From NCBI GenBank assembly GCA_965228735.1, contig OZ245838.1, positions 6,528,001 to 6,592,000 of the forward strand: a stretch of 64,000 bases of DNA, in the 5' to 3' direction. Source of the DNA: Planctomycetota bacterium. Lineage in GTDB: Bacteria; Planctomycetota; UBA1135; UBA2386. A program made the translations under genes and the position numbers. Of the stretch, positions 31,068 to 41,722 are shown one piece after another. The notes under the pieces were generated by a model, which saw only the letters and a list, made by a program, of their open reading frames with translations, was not told where the DNA came from and ran no database searches. Within the stretch, counting starts at the first letter, position 1, and each line of letters begins with the position of its first letter.

Positions 31068-33122
31068 ATGGATCGACTGCGCACGTTCGGGATCGTCGCG
31101 CACATCGATGCGGGCAAGACGACGCTGACCGAGCGCATCCTGCACGATGCGGGTGAGCAGAGCCACGTCGGCAGCGTCGACGACGGCACGTCCGCGATGG
31201 ACTGGATGCCGGCCGAGCGCAGCCGCGGCATCTCGATCACGGCGGCCGCGACGCGCGTGAACTGGAGCGGCTGCACGCTGCAGGTCGTTGACACGCCGGG
31301 TCACGTGGACTTCGTCGCCGAGGTCGAGCGCTGTCTGCACGTGCTCGACGGCGTCGTCGTCATCGTCGACGGTGTGCGCGGCGTGCAGTCACAGACGGAG
31401 ACCGTCTGGCGTCAGGCCGAGAACCGCCGGTTGCCGCGCATCGCGTTCGTGAACAAGCTCGACCGGGTCGGCGCGTCGTTCGAGCAGGCGATGACGCACC
31501 TGCGCGAGAAGTTCGACTGCCGCCCGGCTGCCGTCGTCGTGCCGCTGCGGGACGGTGACGGCGAGTTCGCCGGGCTCGGCCACGCCGTCACGGGCGCCGT
31601 GCAGTGGTTCGAGGGCGCGCCGGATCCGGCGATCGTTCCCGGCCTCAAGGCCCAGCTCGTGGCGGCGAACGACAAGCTCGTCGAGATCGCCGCGGACCTC
31701 GACGGGGCGGTGATGGACGACGTCGTGGCCGGCCGCACCGTGCCGCCCGATCGCCTCGTCGCGGTGCTGCGACGCGGCGCGATCCGGCGCGCGTTCACGC
31801 CCGTGCTCGCGGGCGCGGCGCTGTGGAACCGCGGCGTCGACTGGCTGCTCGATGCGATCGTCGACCTGCTGCCGTCGCACGGCGACGTCGAGCGCACGGG
31901 CATCTGGGGCGCCGAGCGCGCGGGTGATCCGACGGCGCCGGCGTGCGGCCTCGTCTTCAAGGTGCAGCACGACGAGGCGATCTGGAACTTCGTTCGCCTC
32001 GTGCGCGGCCAGCTCACGGCGGGCGACACGCTGACGAACGTGCGCACCGGCACCGCCATCGCCGTCGATGAGCTCTGGATGATGCACGGCGATCGCCACC
32101 GCGTGCTGCCCGCCGTCGCGCCGGGCGAGATCGTCGTCGTGCCCGGCGATTTCGACCTGATGACCGGTGATTCGCTGTGCGCGACGGGGCACCCGCTCGC
32201 GCTGCCCGTGCCCGAGTTCCCGCCGCCGGTGCTCGCCGTCACGTTCGAGCCGGACCACAGCGAGAACGGCCCGCGGCTGTTCGAGGCGCTGCGCGATCTC
32301 GCGGGCGACGACCCGACGCTCGAGGCCGAGCTCAGCCACGGCGAGGTGAACGTGCGCGGCATGGGCGAGCTGCACCTCGAGATCGTGGCCGAGGTCGTGC
32401 GCGGCCGCGTCGACTTCGCGTTCGACGTCGGCAAGCCGCGCGTCGAGCGGCGCGAGACCGTCGCGAGCGCAGCCGTGGGGGAGGTCGAGATCCGCGCGAC
32501 CGTCGCGGAGGCGCTGCGCGCCGTGCGGTGCGAGGTGCGCGTCGCGCCGCTGCCGGCCGCGCCGCTCTCGGCCGAGCCCAGCTCCGTTGCGGGCGGTGAA
32601 CGTTCGGCAGCGGAGGGCGCGGCCGTCGTTCGCAGTTCGGTCACGGCCGACGCCGGCGAGCGCGGCAAGGAGCTCGCGATCGTCGAGCGCTTCGCCCTCG
32701 CCGAGCTGCGTTCGCGCGCGCTCTCGGGGCTGCGCGCCGGCAGCCTCGTCGACGCCGACGTCGAACTCTGCGCCCTGACGATCGACCCGCCCGCCGGGGC
32801 GGCGGCCGAGTTCCTCGAAGGCCTGATCGAACAGGCCGCGACCCGCGCGCTCACGCTCGCGGTCGAACGCGCCGGCCTCGTCGAGCTCGAGCCGGTCGTG
32901 CAACTCGAGGTCACCTGCCCCGAGGACGGCTGCGCGGCGGTGCTCGCCGACCTCGGTTCGCGCGGCGCCGACGTGAGCAGTGTGGTCAGCGGCAGCCTCG
33001 GGGCACGGATCGTCGGGCGGGCCCCGCTCTCGCGGATGCTCGGCTACGTGACGCGGTTGCGCTCGATCACCAAGGGCCGCGGCCAGGCCTGGCTGCGCCC
33101 CGCGGGCTTCCAGGCGAGCTGA
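31068..33122 (+). CDS. Divergent elongation factor G-like GTPase (EF-G paralog)
   Basis: AHIDAGKTTLTERIL, ERSRGISI, DTPGHVDF, NKLD, GMGELHLEI, LEPV, LRSITKGRG. Confidence 0.88.
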   Translation: MDRLRTFGIVAHIDAGKTTLTERILHDAGEQSHVGSVDDGTSAMDWMPAERSRGISITAAATRVNWSGCTLQVVDTPGHVDFVAEVERCLHVLDGVVVIVDGVRGVQSQTETVWRQAENRRLPRIAFVNKLDRVGASFEQAMTHLREKFDCRPAAVVVPLRDGDGEFAGLGHAVTGAVQWFEGAPDPAIVPGLKAQLVAANDKLVEIAADLDGAVMDDVVAGRTVPPDRLVAVLRRGAIRRAFTPVLAGAALWNRGVDWLLDAIVDLLPSHGDVERTGIWGAERAGDPTAPACGLVFKVQHDEAIWNFVRLVRGQLTAGDTLTNVRTGTAIAVDELWMMHGDRHRVLPAVAPGEIVVVPGDFDLMTGDSLCATGHPLALPVPEFPPPVLAVTFEPDHSENGPRLFEALRDLAGDDPTLEAELSHGEVNVRGMGELHLEIVAEVVRGRVDFAFDVGKPRVERRETVASAAVGEVEIRATVAEALRAVRCEVRVAPLPAAPLSAEPSSVAGGERSAAEGAAVVRSSVTADAGERGKELAIVERFALAELRSRALSGLRAGSLVDADVELCALTIDPPAGAAAEFLEGLIEQAATRALTLAVERAGLVELEPVVQLEVTCPEDGCAAVLADLGSRGADVSSVVSGSLGARIVGRAPLSRMLGYVTRLRSITKGRGQAWLRPAGFQAS

Positions 33123-33294
33123 TGTCCTGGGTGTTGCCGATATCCGGTAACCAGCTTCTTGCAAATGACTTGTGCTAGAGTGGCCGGCCGTCGCCACCGT
33201 TGTCGGCGGCGCGCGCCCAGCGCGTCTTCGAAACACGGGCGGAGCACTCGTGTTCGGCGTCGCCGGATCCGCGAATCCACACCCAGGACATCAG
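33119..33294. mobile_element. MITE-like element with 16-bp terminal inverted repeats
   Basis: CTGATGTCCTGGGTGT (33119-33134) and ACACCCAGGACATCAG (33279-33294); no convincing ORF inside. Confidence 0.6.
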
Positions 33295-33339
33295 TCTCTG
33301 GAAGTGGCGGGATGGACTGGGAATGCGCGGCTACGATCC

Positions 33340-33368
33340 TTGACGCCGCCACATCCCATCGCTACCAT
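33340..33368 (+). promoter_or_regulatory. Putative sigma70 promoter of the S10 operon
   Basis: TTGACG-N17-TACCAT. Confidence 0.6.
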
Positions 33369-33540
33369 CTCGCGCCCGCCATCGCTCCAGGGAGCACACT
33401 CGACGGTGTAACCCCTTGCCGTGACGGCGCTTAGGCCGCGAAACGCTCGCTTCCCCTCGATCCGTCGTGGATCGTTCCCCCGGGCTGCTCCGACCGACAT
33501 TTTTTCCCCAAGGCTGGTTCGAGCGGGCCAGTCATTTGCA

Positions 33541-33849
33541 ATGCAAGAGCGAATCCAGATCCGAATGGAGGCCTACGACTACGAGGCCCTCGACCAGTCG
33601 GCCCTCGACATCGTCGAGACCAGCAAGCGCACGGGCGCGCGCGTCGCCGGTCCGGTGCCGTTGCCGACCCGCGTGGAGCGCTACACGGTTCTGCGCTCGC
33701 CGCACGTCGACAAGAAGAGTCGCGAGCAGTTCGAGATCCGGACGCACAAGCGGTTGATCTACATCTCGGAGCCGACCACCAAGACGGTCGACGCGCTGAG
33801 CAAGCTCAACATGCCGGCCGGCGTCGACATCCGCATCAAGGCCTGTTAG
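33541..33849 (+). CDS. rpsJ: 30S ribosomal protein S10
   Basis: [29 protein letters not shown]. Confidence 0.98.
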   Translation: MQERIQIRMEAYDYEALDQSALDIVETSKRTGARVAGPVPLPTRVERYTVLRSPHVDKKSREQFEIRTHKRLIYISEPTTKTVDALSKLNMPAGVDIRIKAC

Positions 33850-33872
33850 GCGCGGGGAACGAGGAGAACACC

Positions 33873-34535
33873 ATGGTCGAGATCAAGGTATTCGACGGCG
33901 GCAACGTGACCTCCAAGGAGGTCGACGCCGACAACTTCGGCGGCAAGGTCCTCGGGCGCACGCTCAAGGACGCCGTCGTGATGTACGAGAACAACCTGCG
34001 CCAGGGCACGGTGCGCGCCAAGACGCGCTCGATGGTGCGGGGGCCCAACAACAAGCTGTGGCGCCAGAAGCACACCGGCCGCGCCCGCATGGGCACGACC
34101 AAGTCGCCGATCTGGCGCGGCGGTGGCCGCATCCACCCGCCGGAGCCGCGCGAGCATCACTACTCGATGCCGAAGAAGGCGCGGCGCGCGGCGCTGCGCA
34201 ACGCGGTGTTCTCCAAGTTCCAGGACGGCGAGGTCGCGATGGCCAACGGTTGGCCGACCGACAAGCCGAGCACCAAGACCGCTCACGCGGTGCTCGAGAG
34301 CCTCGGCATGGGCCGCAGCGCGACGGTCGTCACGGCCGGTCTCGACCGCAACCTGGTCCTGTCGCTGCGCAACGTCCCGCTCGTCGACGTCTGCACGGTC
34401 GACGACCTCAACGCCCGCCAGGTGCTGCTGCGCCGTTACCTGGTCCTGACCCCGGACGCGTACGAAGCCGTCGAGAAGAAGTTCGCGACGGGCAAGATCA
34501 AAGAACGCGCTGCCGCCGGCACGAAGGAGAGCTGA
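33873..34535 (+). CDS. rplD: 50S ribosomal protein L4
   Basis: RQGT..AKTRS, WRQKHTGRARMG, SP.WRGGG, SLRNVP. Confidence 0.96.
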   Translation: MVEIKVFDGGNVTSKEVDADNFGGKVLGRTLKDAVVMYENNLRQGTVRAKTRSMVRGPNNKLWRQKHTGRARMGTTKSPIWRGGGRIHPPEPREHHYSMPKKARRAALRNAVFSKFQDGEVAMANGWPTDKPSTKTAHAVLESLGMGRSATVVTAGLDRNLVLSLRNVPLVDVCTVDDLNARQVLLRRYLVLTPDAYEAVEKKFATGKIKERAAAGTKES

Positions 34536-34537
34536 GC

Positions 34538-34852
34538 ATGGCCAACGACAGCAAAGCAACCGAAGCCAACCCGCAGCAGTACTACAGCGTGCTGAAGAAG
34601 CCGCTCGTCACCGAGAAGACGACGATGCAGCAGGAGCTGCGCAACCAGTACGCGTTCGCCGTCGACCCCGACACCAACAAGGTCGAGGTTCGCAAGGCGG
34701 TCGAGGTGCTGTTCGGCGTGCGCGTCAAGGCGGTCAACATCGTTCGTATGCCGAGCAAGCGGAAGCGCATGTTCGGCCGTCCGGGCCTCTCGCGCCCCTG
34801 GAAGAAGGCCATCGTGACTCTGCACGAAGGCGACGCCATCGAGGTCGCGTAG
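34538..34852 (+). CDS. rplW: 50S ribosomal protein L23
   Basis: [28 protein letters not shown]. Confidence 0.96.
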   Translation: MANDSKATEANPQQYYSVLKKPLVTEKTTMQQELRNQYAFAVDPDTNKVEVRKAVEVLFGVRVKAVNIVRMPSKRKRMFGRPGLSRPWKKAIVTLHEGDAIEVA

Positions 34853-34898
34853 CGCGCCGGCAGCGCTACCAGATACGGGCCAAACACACGGAGAACTG

Positions 34899-35753
34899 AT
34901 GCCAGTCAAGGTCTACAAGCCAACGTCCGCCGGCCGACGCAACTCGTCGGTGCTGGACTTCAGCCACCTGACGAAGGGCAAGCGCCGCGAGAAGTCGCTC
35001 ACGGAGCGGCTGACCCACAAGGCGGGTCGCAACGCGCATGGTCACATCACGATCCGGCACCGCGGTGGCGGCGCCCGCAAGATGTACCGCAAGGTCGACT
35101 TCCGACGCGACAAGGACGGCGTGCCCGCGCGCGTCGCCGCGATCGAGTACGACCCCAACCGCACGGCCGACATCGCGCTGCTGTTCTACGCGGACGGCGA
35201 GAAGCGCTACATGCTCGCGCCCAAGGGGCTCGCGGTCGGCATGACGGTGATGTCCGGGCAGACCTGCGAGCCCGAGGTCGGCAACTGCATGCCGCTGTCG
35301 TCGATCCCGATCGGCCTCGAGGTTCACAACGTCGAGCTCAAGCCCGGCAAGGGTGGCCAGATCGCGCGGTCGGCGGGCAACAAGTGCCAGCTGCTCGCCC
35401 GCGACGGCGCCTACGCGACGCTGATCATGCCGTCGGGTGAGACCCGCAAGGTCGAGGCCCGGTGCCGCGCGACGATCGGCGAGATCGGCAACAAGGACCA
35501 CCAGAACGTGCGGTGGGGCAAGGCCGGCCGCATGCGCCACAAGCGTCGTCGCCCGATCGTTCGCGGCACGGCGATGAACCCCGTCGCCCACCCGATGGGC
35601 GGTGGTGAAGGTCGCACCGGCGGTGGTCGCCACCCGTGCTCGCCGCAGGGCAAGCTCACGAAGGGTGTCCGCACGCGCAAGAAGAAGGCCAAGAGCAGTG
35701 ACCTGATCCTGCGGCGTCGACCGCCGGGCAAGCACATGGCGGTTGGCAAGTAG
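34899..35753 (+). CDS. rplB: 50S ribosomal protein L2
   Basis: RHRGGG, IEYDPNR, ARSAG, VRG.AMNPV.HP.GGGEG. Confidence 0.98.
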   Translation: MPVKVYKPTSAGRRNSSVLDFSHLTKGKRREKSLTERLTHKAGRNAHGHITIRHRGGGARKMYRKVDFRRDKDGVPARVAAIEYDPNRTADIALLFYADGEKRYMLAPKGLAVGMTVMSGQTCEPEVGNCMPLSSIPIGLEVHNVELKPGKGGQIARSAGNKCQLLARDGAYATLIMPSGETRKVEARCRATIGEIGNKDHQNVRWGKAGRMRHKRRRPIVRGTAMNPVAHPMGGGEGRTGGGRHPCSPQGKLTKGVRTRKKKAKSSDLILRRRPPGKHMAVGK

Positions 35754-35789
35754 GCCCTGAGGCAACGAACACCGAGTTCCTGAGGAATC

Positions 35790-36056
35790 ATGAGTCGCAG
35801 CATCAAGAAGGGCCCGTTCGTCCACCCGAGCTTGCTCAAGAAGGTCGAGGCCCAGAACGCCAAGAACACGCGCCAGCCCATGAAGACGTGGTCGCGCGCG
35901 AGCGTCGTCCTGCCGGACTTCGTCGGGCACACGTTCGACGTGCACAACGGCCGCGCGTTCATCAAGGTCTATGTCACCGAGGACATGGTCGGGCACCGGC
36001 TCGGCGAGTTCGCCCCGACCCGCACGTTCCGCGGCCACTCGAAGAAGGACAAGTAA
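35790..36056 (+). CDS. rpsS: 30S ribosomal protein S19
   Basis: [24 protein letters not shown]. Confidence 0.98.
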   Translation: MSRSIKKGPFVHPSLLKKVEAQNAKNTRQPMKTWSRASVVLPDFVGHTFDVHNGRAFIKVYVTEDMVGHRLGEFAPTRTFRGHSKKDK

Positions 36057-36481
36057 TGTTCGAAACGCGAGCAGTTCACCGTCGGGCCCGTATGAGCGCG
36101 TTCAAGGCGCGCCGCGTGCTCGATCTGATCCGCGGCCGGACCGTCAACCAGGCCCTCGATGATCTGCGCCACGACCGCCACCGCGCGGCGCGCGCGATCT
36201 ACAAGGTGCTCGCGTCGGCCGTCGCCAACGCGCTGCAGAACCCGAGCGTCCGCGCCAACCGGTTGGTGATCTCCAAGACGTTCGCGCAGGACGGCCCGCC
36301 GCTGCCGGGCGGCATGCGCCTGCGTCCGGGCCCGCAGGGTCGCGCGATGCCGATCAAGCGCCGCACCTGCCACATCCACATTCACGTCGCCGATCCGCAG
36401 GCGAGCGCGGCCGAGCCGGTTGCGGCGCCCGCGGGTGCTGCCGACGACGTTGCCGACGCCCCGAGTGGGGGCGAGGAATAG
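36056..36481 (+). CDS. rplV: 50S ribosomal protein L22
   Basis: KARRVLDLIRG, SAVANA, GRA.PI.RRT.HI. Confidence 0.95.
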   Translation: MFETRAVHRRARMSAFKARRVLDLIRGRTVNQALDDLRHDRHRAARAIYKVLASAVANALQNPSVRANRLVISKTFAQDGPPLPGGMRLRPGPQGRAMPIKRRTCHIHIHVADPQASAAEPVAAPAGAADDVADAPSGGEE

Positions 36482-36484
36482 ATC

Positions 36485-37195
36485 ATGGGACAGAAGGTTC
36501 ACCCCACCGGGTTCCGCATCGGCGTCACCGAGCAGTGGCGTTCGCGCTGGTACGCCAGCAAGAAGGACTTCTCCCGCAATCTGGTCGAGGACCAGAAGAT
36601 CCGCAACTTCATCAAGAAGGAGTGGCAGTTCGCGGCCATTCCGAAGGTGGAGATCGAGCGGGCCGGCGCGGGCGAGACGATCACGGTCTTCGTGCACACG
36701 GCGCGCCCCGGCGTGCTGATCGGCAAGAAGGGCACCAAGGTCGACGAGTTCCGCAACGAGCTCGAGAAGCTGACCGGCAGCCCGGTGCGGATGAAGATCA
36801 TCGAGATCCACCGCCCCGAGATGGAGGCCAGCCTCGTCGCCGAGGCGGTCGCCGAGCAGCTCGGCAAGCGAATCAACTACCGCCGCGCGCTCAAGAAGGT
36901 CGCGGAGACGTCGATCGCCGCGGGCGCCAAGGGCATCAAGATCCGCGTCTCGGGGCGTCTGCAGGGTGCCGAGATGTCGCGCGTCGGCATCTTCCGCAAG
37001 GGCCGCGTGCCCTGCAACACGCTGCGCGCGCAGCTGGACTACGGCTTTGCCACGGCGAAAACCAAGTACGGATCGCTCGGCTGCAAGGTCTGGATCTACA
37101 AGGGCGAGTACGGTCCGGGTGAGACGACCCGGGGCCTGCTGCCCGTCAAGGTTGCCGACCGGAGCGCTGCCGACCGGGCCGCGACCGGAGCCTGA
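36485..37195 (+). CDS. rpsC: 30S ribosomal protein S3
   Basis: MGQKVHP.GFR, ARPG.LIGKKG, SGRL.GAEMSR, KVWIYKG. Confidence 0.98.
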   Translation: MGQKVHPTGFRIGVTEQWRSRWYASKKDFSRNLVEDQKIRNFIKKEWQFAAIPKVEIERAGAGETITVFVHTARPGVLIGKKGTKVDEFRNELEKLTGSPVRMKIIEIHRPEMEASLVAEAVAEQLGKRINYRRALKKVAETSIAAGAKGIKIRVSGRLQGAEMSRVGIFRKGRVPCNTLRAQLDYGFATAKTKYGSLGCKVWIYKGEYGPGETTRGLLPVKVADRSAADRAATGA

Positions 37196-37232
37196 ACCCG
37201 CCGCCGCCTAGGAGACTACGAGGAGCACTATC

Positions 37233-37643
37233 ATGTTGATGCCCAAGCGTACGAAGTGGCGCAAGCAGCACCGCGGTCGCATCCGCGGCGTCGCGTCACG
37301 TGGCACCGAGGTCGCGTTCGGCGAGTTCGGTCTGCAGTCGCTCGAGCCGGGTTGGCTGCCGTCGCGCACGATCGAGGCCGCGCGTATCGCCGCGTCACGT
37401 AACGCGCCCGAAGGCAAGCTCTGGATCCGCGTCTTCCCGCACAAGTCGATCAGCAAGAAGCCGGCCGAGACTCGTCAGGGCACCGGCAAGGGCGACGTCG
37501 AGTACTGGGCCGCGGTGATCAAGCCCGGGATGATCCTCTACGAGCTGGACGGCGTCACCGAGGACGTTGCGAAGAAGGCGTTCAACCGCGTCGCTCACAA
37601 GCTCCCGGTCAAGGTCCGGATGGTCCGCCGCCGTCGCGGCTAG
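37233..37643 (+). CDS. rplP: 50S ribosomal protein L16
   Basis: [35 protein letters not shown]. Confidence 0.98.
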   Translation: MLMPKRTKWRKQHRGRIRGVASRGTEVAFGEFGLQSLEPGWLPSRTIEAARIAASRNAPEGKLWIRVFPHKSISKKPAETRQGTGKGDVEYWAAVIKPGMILYELDGVTEDVAKKAFNRVAHKLPVKVRMVRRRRG

Positions 37644-37655
37644 AGAGATACTGCG

Positions 37656-37919
37656 ATGAAGAACGCAATGACCGAGATTCGCGGCCTCGACACGGCCGAC
37701 CTCCAGGGGCGCCTCAGCGAACTGCGCAAGGAGCAGTTCGAGCTGCGCTTCCGCGGGTCGGACGAGGCTGCCGCGATGAACAACCGGAACCGCGAGATCC
37801 GCCGCACGATCGCGCGCATTCTCACCGTGATCGGCGAGCGTGAGCGCGCCGCCGGTAGCACCAAGAGTGGCACCACCAAGAACGGCGCAGCCGCGAGCGA
37901 CGGAGGCCAGCAATCATGA
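37656..37919 (+). CDS. rpmC: 50S ribosomal protein L29
   Basis: EL.KE.F.LRF, IRR.IARILT; operon position. Confidence 0.93.
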   Translation: MKNAMTEIRGLDTADLQGRLSELRKEQFELRFRGSDEAAAMNNRNREIRRTIARILTVIGERERAAGSTKSGTTKNGAAASDGGQQS

Positions 37920-38245
37920 GCGAAGACACCCAAGCTGTCGGGAACCCGGCCAGCAACCCAGCTGGCGCGGATGCCCCCGAAGGTCGCAAGCACGCGCGCG
38001 CCCTGCGCGGCATCGTCATCTCCGACAAGATGAACAAGACCGTGATCGTCGCCGTCAACCGCAAGGTTCGGCACCCGGTCTACGAGAAGTTCGTCTCGCG
38101 CCGCACCAAGCTGCACGCCCACGACGAGAAGGACGAGGCGAAGATCGGCGACACCGTCGAGATCGCGCAGACCCGGCGTCTGAGCAAGACCAAGAACTGG
38201 CGCCTCGTGCGCGTCATCCAGGCGGCCGAGCGCGCCGACGCCTAG
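37916..38245 (+). CDS. rpsQ: 30S ribosomal protein S17
   Basis: G.V.SDKM.KTV, HP.Y.K, AHDE, R.LSKTK.W. Confidence 0.97.
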   Translation: MSEDTQAVGNPASNPAGADAPEGRKHARALRGIVISDKMNKTVIVAVNRKVRHPVYEKFVSRRTKLHAHDEKDEAKIGDTVEIAQTRRLSKTKNWRLVRVIQAAERADA

Positions 38246-38281
38246 CCCTCCCGTCCAGCACAAGCTCGAAAGGAATCTACG

Positions 38282-38650
38282 ATGATCCAGGAAATGTCGA
38301 TGCTCGACGTGGCCGACAACACCGGCGCCAAGCGCGCCATGTGTGTCAAGGTCCTCGGGGGCAGTGGCCGGCGCTACGCGTCGGTCGGCGACGTCGTCGT
38401 CGCGGTCGTCAAGAAGGCGCTGCCGGCGGGTGAGGTGAAGGAGCACGACCTCGTGAAGGGTGTCGTGGTTCGCACCGCCTACGCCGTTCGCCGGCCGGAC
38501 GGTTCGTACATCAAGTTCGACCGCAATGCCCTCGTCGTGATCGACAAGGACAACAACCCGCGCGGCACCCGCATCTTCGGCGCGGTGGCCCGCGAGCTGC
38601 GTGATCGCAACTTCATGAAGATCGTTTCGCTCGCCGAGGAGGTCGTCTGA
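38282..38650 (+). CDS. rplN: 50S ribosomal protein L14
   Basis: VADNTGA, GTRIFG.VARELR, KIVSLA.EV. Confidence 0.98.
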   Translation: MIQEMSMLDVADNTGAKRAMCVKVLGGSGRRYASVGDVVVAVVKKALPAGEVKEHDLVKGVVVRTAYAVRRPDGSYIKFDRNALVVIDKDNNPRGTRIFGAVARELRDRNFMKIVSLAEEVV

Positions 38651-39000
38651 TGCTGGACATCAAGGGCAAGGCCCCCAAGCAGAAGCTGCACGTGAAGAAG
38701 GGCGACCGGGTGGTCGTCATCTCCGGGCAGTACAAGTCCGACGAGCCGCGTGAGGTGCTCAAGGTCGACGCGCGCACCGGCAAGGTGATCGTCGCCGGCG
38801 TGAACCTGCGCTGGAAGCACCAGGCGCGTTCGCAGGAGAACCCGAAGGGCGGTCGGGTGCAGGTCGAGATCCCGATCCCGGCGTGCAAGGTGCTGCTCTA
38901 CAGCGAGTCGCTCGGCAAGGGCACGCGCACCAAGACCGAGATCGTCGACGGCAAGAAGGTCCGCGTCGGCGTGAAGTGCGGGACCAAATTCGATTCGTAA
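38650..39000 (+). CDS. rplX: 50S ribosomal protein L24
   Basis: VKKGD.V.VISG KOW motif, V.GVN...KH. Confidence 0.93.
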   Translation: MLDIKGKAPKQKLHVKKGDRVVVISGQYKSDEPREVLKVDARTGKVIVAGVNLRWKHQARSQENPKGGRVQVEIPIPACKVLLYSESLGKGTRTKTEIVDGKKVRVGVKCGTKFDS

Positions 39001-39002
39001 CG

Positions 39003-39578
39003 ATGACCACTACCGAAGCAACACCGGAGACCCCGAAGGCGCTGCCGCGCATGCTGCAGCACTATCGGGAGAAGGTGATCGACGCGCTGAAGAAGGACTT
39101 CGGGTACGCCAACCCGATGATGGTTCCGAAGCTGCAGAAGATCGTCGTCAACATGGGCGTCGGCAAGGCGGTCGAGAACAAGAAGGCTCTCGAGTCCGCC
39201 ACCAAGGACATGGTCACGATCACGGGCCAGCAGCCGATGGTGCGCAAGGCGCGCGTCTCGGTGTCCGGCTTCCGCCTGCGCCAGGGCTATGCGGTCGGCG
39301 TCGCCGTCACGCTGCGTGGCTCGCGCATGTGGGAGTTCCTCGACCGTCTCGTCTCGCTCGCCATCCCTCGAATCCGCGACTTCCGCGGCCTGCCCACCAA
39401 GCTCGACGGGCAGGGCAACTACTCGATGGGACTGTCGGAGCAGAGCGTGTTCCCTGAGATCCAGCTCGACAAGGTCGAGTTCGTGCAGGGAATGAACATC
39501 ACCTTCGTCACCAGCGCACCGACCGACAAGGAAGGCCTCGCGCTGCTGACCCACCTGGGCATGCCGTTCAAGAAGTAG
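39003..39578 (+). CDS. rplE: 50S ribosomal protein L5
   Basis: [32 protein letters not shown]. Confidence 0.98.
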   Translation: MTTTEATPETPKALPRMLQHYREKVIDALKKDFGYANPMMVPKLQKIVVNMGVGKAVENKKALESATKDMVTITGQQPMVRKARVSVSGFRLRQGYAVGVAVTLRGSRMWEFLDRLVSLAIPRIRDFRGLPTKLDGQGNYSMGLSEQSVFPEIQLDKVEFVQGMNITFVTSAPTDKEGLALLTHLGMPFKK

Positions 39579-39580
39579 CC

Positions 39581-39766
39581 ATGGCAAAGAAGTGCTTGAA
39601 AGTGAAGCAGCAGCGTCCCGCGAAGTTCTCGACGCGCCGCTACAACCGCTGCCAACTCTGTGGGCGCCCGCGGGCCTACTACCGCAAGTTCGGCATTTGC
39701 CGGTGCTGTTTCCGTGACCTCGCCCTGCAGGGTGAGATCCCGGGTGTCCGTAAGGCCTCGTGGTAA
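39581..39766 (+). CDS. rpsN: 30S ribosomal protein S14, zinc-binding type
   Basis: 61 aa; [23 protein letters not shown]. Confidence 0.97.
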   Translation: MAKKCLKVKQQRPAKFSTRRYNRCQLCGRPRAYYRKFGICRCCFRDLALQGEIPGVRKASW

Positions 39767-39785
39767 CCGACAGGAGACTTGGCCC

Positions 39786-40181
39786 ATGATGACCGACCCG
39801 ATCGCCGACATGCTCACGCGCATGCGCAACGCTCTGATGAGCGGGGCGAACCATTGCGTGGTGCCCGGCAGCAAACTCAAGGTCCGGATCCTCGACGCGA
39901 TGAAGCGAGAAGGCTTCGTCGACAGTTACGAGGTGCACTCCGAGGGTCACCGCTCGGTGATCCGAATCAACTTCAAGTATGGCCCGGAAGGCGAGGTCGT
40001 CATCTCGACGATCCAGCGCTTCAGCAAGCCGGGCTGTCGCCGTTACCGCAAGTTCGAGGACCTGCCGCAAGTGCGCGGCGGGCTCGGCATCGCGGTGGTC
40101 TCGACCAACCAGGGCGTGCTGTCCGACCGCGAGTGCCGCGAGCGCCGCGTCGGTGGCGAGGTCCTCTGCACGGTTGACTGA
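39786..40181 (+). CDS. rpsH: 30S ribosomal protein S8
   Basis: TDPIADMLTR.RNA, SKPG.R.Y, GGLGIA.VST, VGGEVLC. Confidence 0.98.
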   Translation: MMTDPIADMLTRMRNALMSGANHCVVPGSKLKVRILDAMKREGFVDSYEVHSEGHRSVIRINFKYGPEGEVVISTIQRFSKPGCRRYRKFEDLPQVRGGLGIAVVSTNQGVLSDRECRERRVGGEVLCTVD

Positions 40182-40237
40182 CTCTTTTGGCGACTGAGCC
40201 GTTCGGCGACCCCAACGCAACGCACGAGGAACATTCA

Positions 40238-40783
40238 ATGTCACGTATCGGCAAGCAGCCCATCGCCGTCCCCAAGGGCGTGACCGTCGCCGTCGCGGAC
40301 GGCGTGGTCTCGGTCAAGGGCAGCAAGGGCGAGTCCAAGCTCGACCTGCGCAAGGAAGTCGCGGTCGCGATCGACGGCGACTCCGTCACGGTCAGCACGA
40401 CCGACGGGGAGCGCTGGTCGCGCGCGATGCAGGGCACGACCCGCGCGCTGCTCCACAACATGATGGTCGGCGTCTCCGAGGGCTACGAGAAGAAGCTCGA
40501 GGTCAACGGCGTCGGTTTCGAGGCGGACCTGCAGGGCAAGACGCTCGTGCTCAAGGTCGGCTTCAACAAGCCGGTGAAGTACCAGGTGCCGGACACGGTC
40601 ACGATCGAGTGCCCGTCGGTGACCAACATCACGATTCGCGGCATCGACAAGCAGCAGGTCGGAGCGGTCGCCGCCGAGATCCGCAAGATCCGGAAGCCGG
40701 AGCCCTACAAGGGCAAGGGCATCAAGTACGCCGACGAGGTCATCAAGCGCAAGGCCGGCAAGGCCTTCGCGTCGGGCGGCTAA
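40238..40783 (+). CDS. rplF: 50S ribosomal protein L6
   Basis: [25 protein letters not shown]. Confidence 0.98.
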   Translation: MSRIGKQPIAVPKGVTVAVADGVVSVKGSKGESKLDLRKEVAVAIDGDSVTVSTTDGERWSRAMQGTTRALLHNMMVGVSEGYEKKLEVNGVGFEADLQGKTLVLKVGFNKPVKYQVPDTVTIECPSVTNITIRGIDKQQVGAVAAEIRKIRKPEPYKGKGIKYADEVIKRKAGKAFASGG

Positions 40784-40833
40784 CGCCGACCGGTGGTGTC
40801 ACGAACCGAGCCATAGACAAGAGATCAACCGCA

Positions 40834-41208
40834 ATGACTTCCTCCGTAACCCGCAAGAAGCACGCCGCCCGTCGCGGCAAGGCGACCTCGCTGCGCAAGC
40901 GCATGCGCCGGCGTACGGACCACCCGCGCCTCTCGGTGTGCCGCAGCCTGACGAACATCTCGGTCCAGATCATCGACGACCTCAAGGGGCACACGCTGTG
41001 CGCCGCGTCGTCGCTCGAGAAGGACCTCAAGGGTCAGACCGAGGGCAAGAACAAGACCGACGTCGCGGCCAAGGTCGGCGAGGTGCTCGCCGAGCGCGCG
41101 AAGCAGGCCGGCGTCAGCAAGGTCGCGTTCGACCGCGGCCCTTACAAGTATCACGGCCGCATCAAGGCGCTGGCCGACGCCGCTCGGAAGGGCGGCCTGG
41201 AGTTCTAG
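40834..41208 (+). CDS. rplR: 50S ribosomal protein L18
   Basis: [35 protein letters not shown]. Confidence 0.97.
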   Translation: MTSSVTRKKHAARRGKATSLRKRMRRRTDHPRLSVCRSLTNISVQIIDDLKGHTLCAASSLEKDLKGQTEGKNKTDVAAKVGEVLAERAKQAGVSKVAFDRGPYKYHGRIKALADAARKGGLEF

Positions 41209-41209
41209 T

Positions 41210-41722
41210 ATGGTCAACAAGTTCTACCCGCAGGTCTCGATCGACGAAGCGCTCGCGGCGAACGTCGACGACGACGTCGTGGCGATCAACCGCTCGGCGG
41301 CCGTGGTCAAGGGCGGCCGCCGCTTCTCGTTCAGCGCGCTGAGCGTGGTCGGCAACCGCGACGGACTCGTCGGCATCGGCTACGGCAAGGGCCGCGAGGT
41401 CCCGTCCGCGATCGAGAAGTCGGTCAAGGACGCACGCAAGCAGATGATGCGCGTCGTTCGCGACGGCACGTCGATCCCGCACGGCGTCGAGGCGCGCTAC
41501 TGCAGCTCGCGCGTGCGGCTCATCCCGGCGGCGCCGGGCACGGGCATCATCGCCGGCAAGGCCGTGCGCAAGATCCTCGAGCACGCCGGCATCACGGACA
41601 TCCTGACCAAGAACTACGGCTCGACCAACGCCCTCAACGTCGTCAAGGCGACCATGCTCGCGCTGAGCATGCTGCGGACGAAAGAGGACACGGCCCAGCT
41701 GCGAGGAGTCGAGATCGCATGA
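41210..41722 (+). CDS. rpsE: 30S ribosomal protein S5
   Basis: VVKGGRRFSFSAL, G.GK..EV, PA.PGTGIIAG. Confidence 0.97.
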   Translation: MVNKFYPQVSIDEALAANVDDDVVAINRSAAVVKGGRRFSFSALSVVGNRDGLVGIGYGKGREVPSAIEKSVKDARKQMMRVVRDGTSIPHGVEARYCSSRVRLIPAAPGTGIIAGKAVRKILEHAGITDILTKNYGSTNALNVVKATMLALSMLRTKEDTAQLRGVEIA

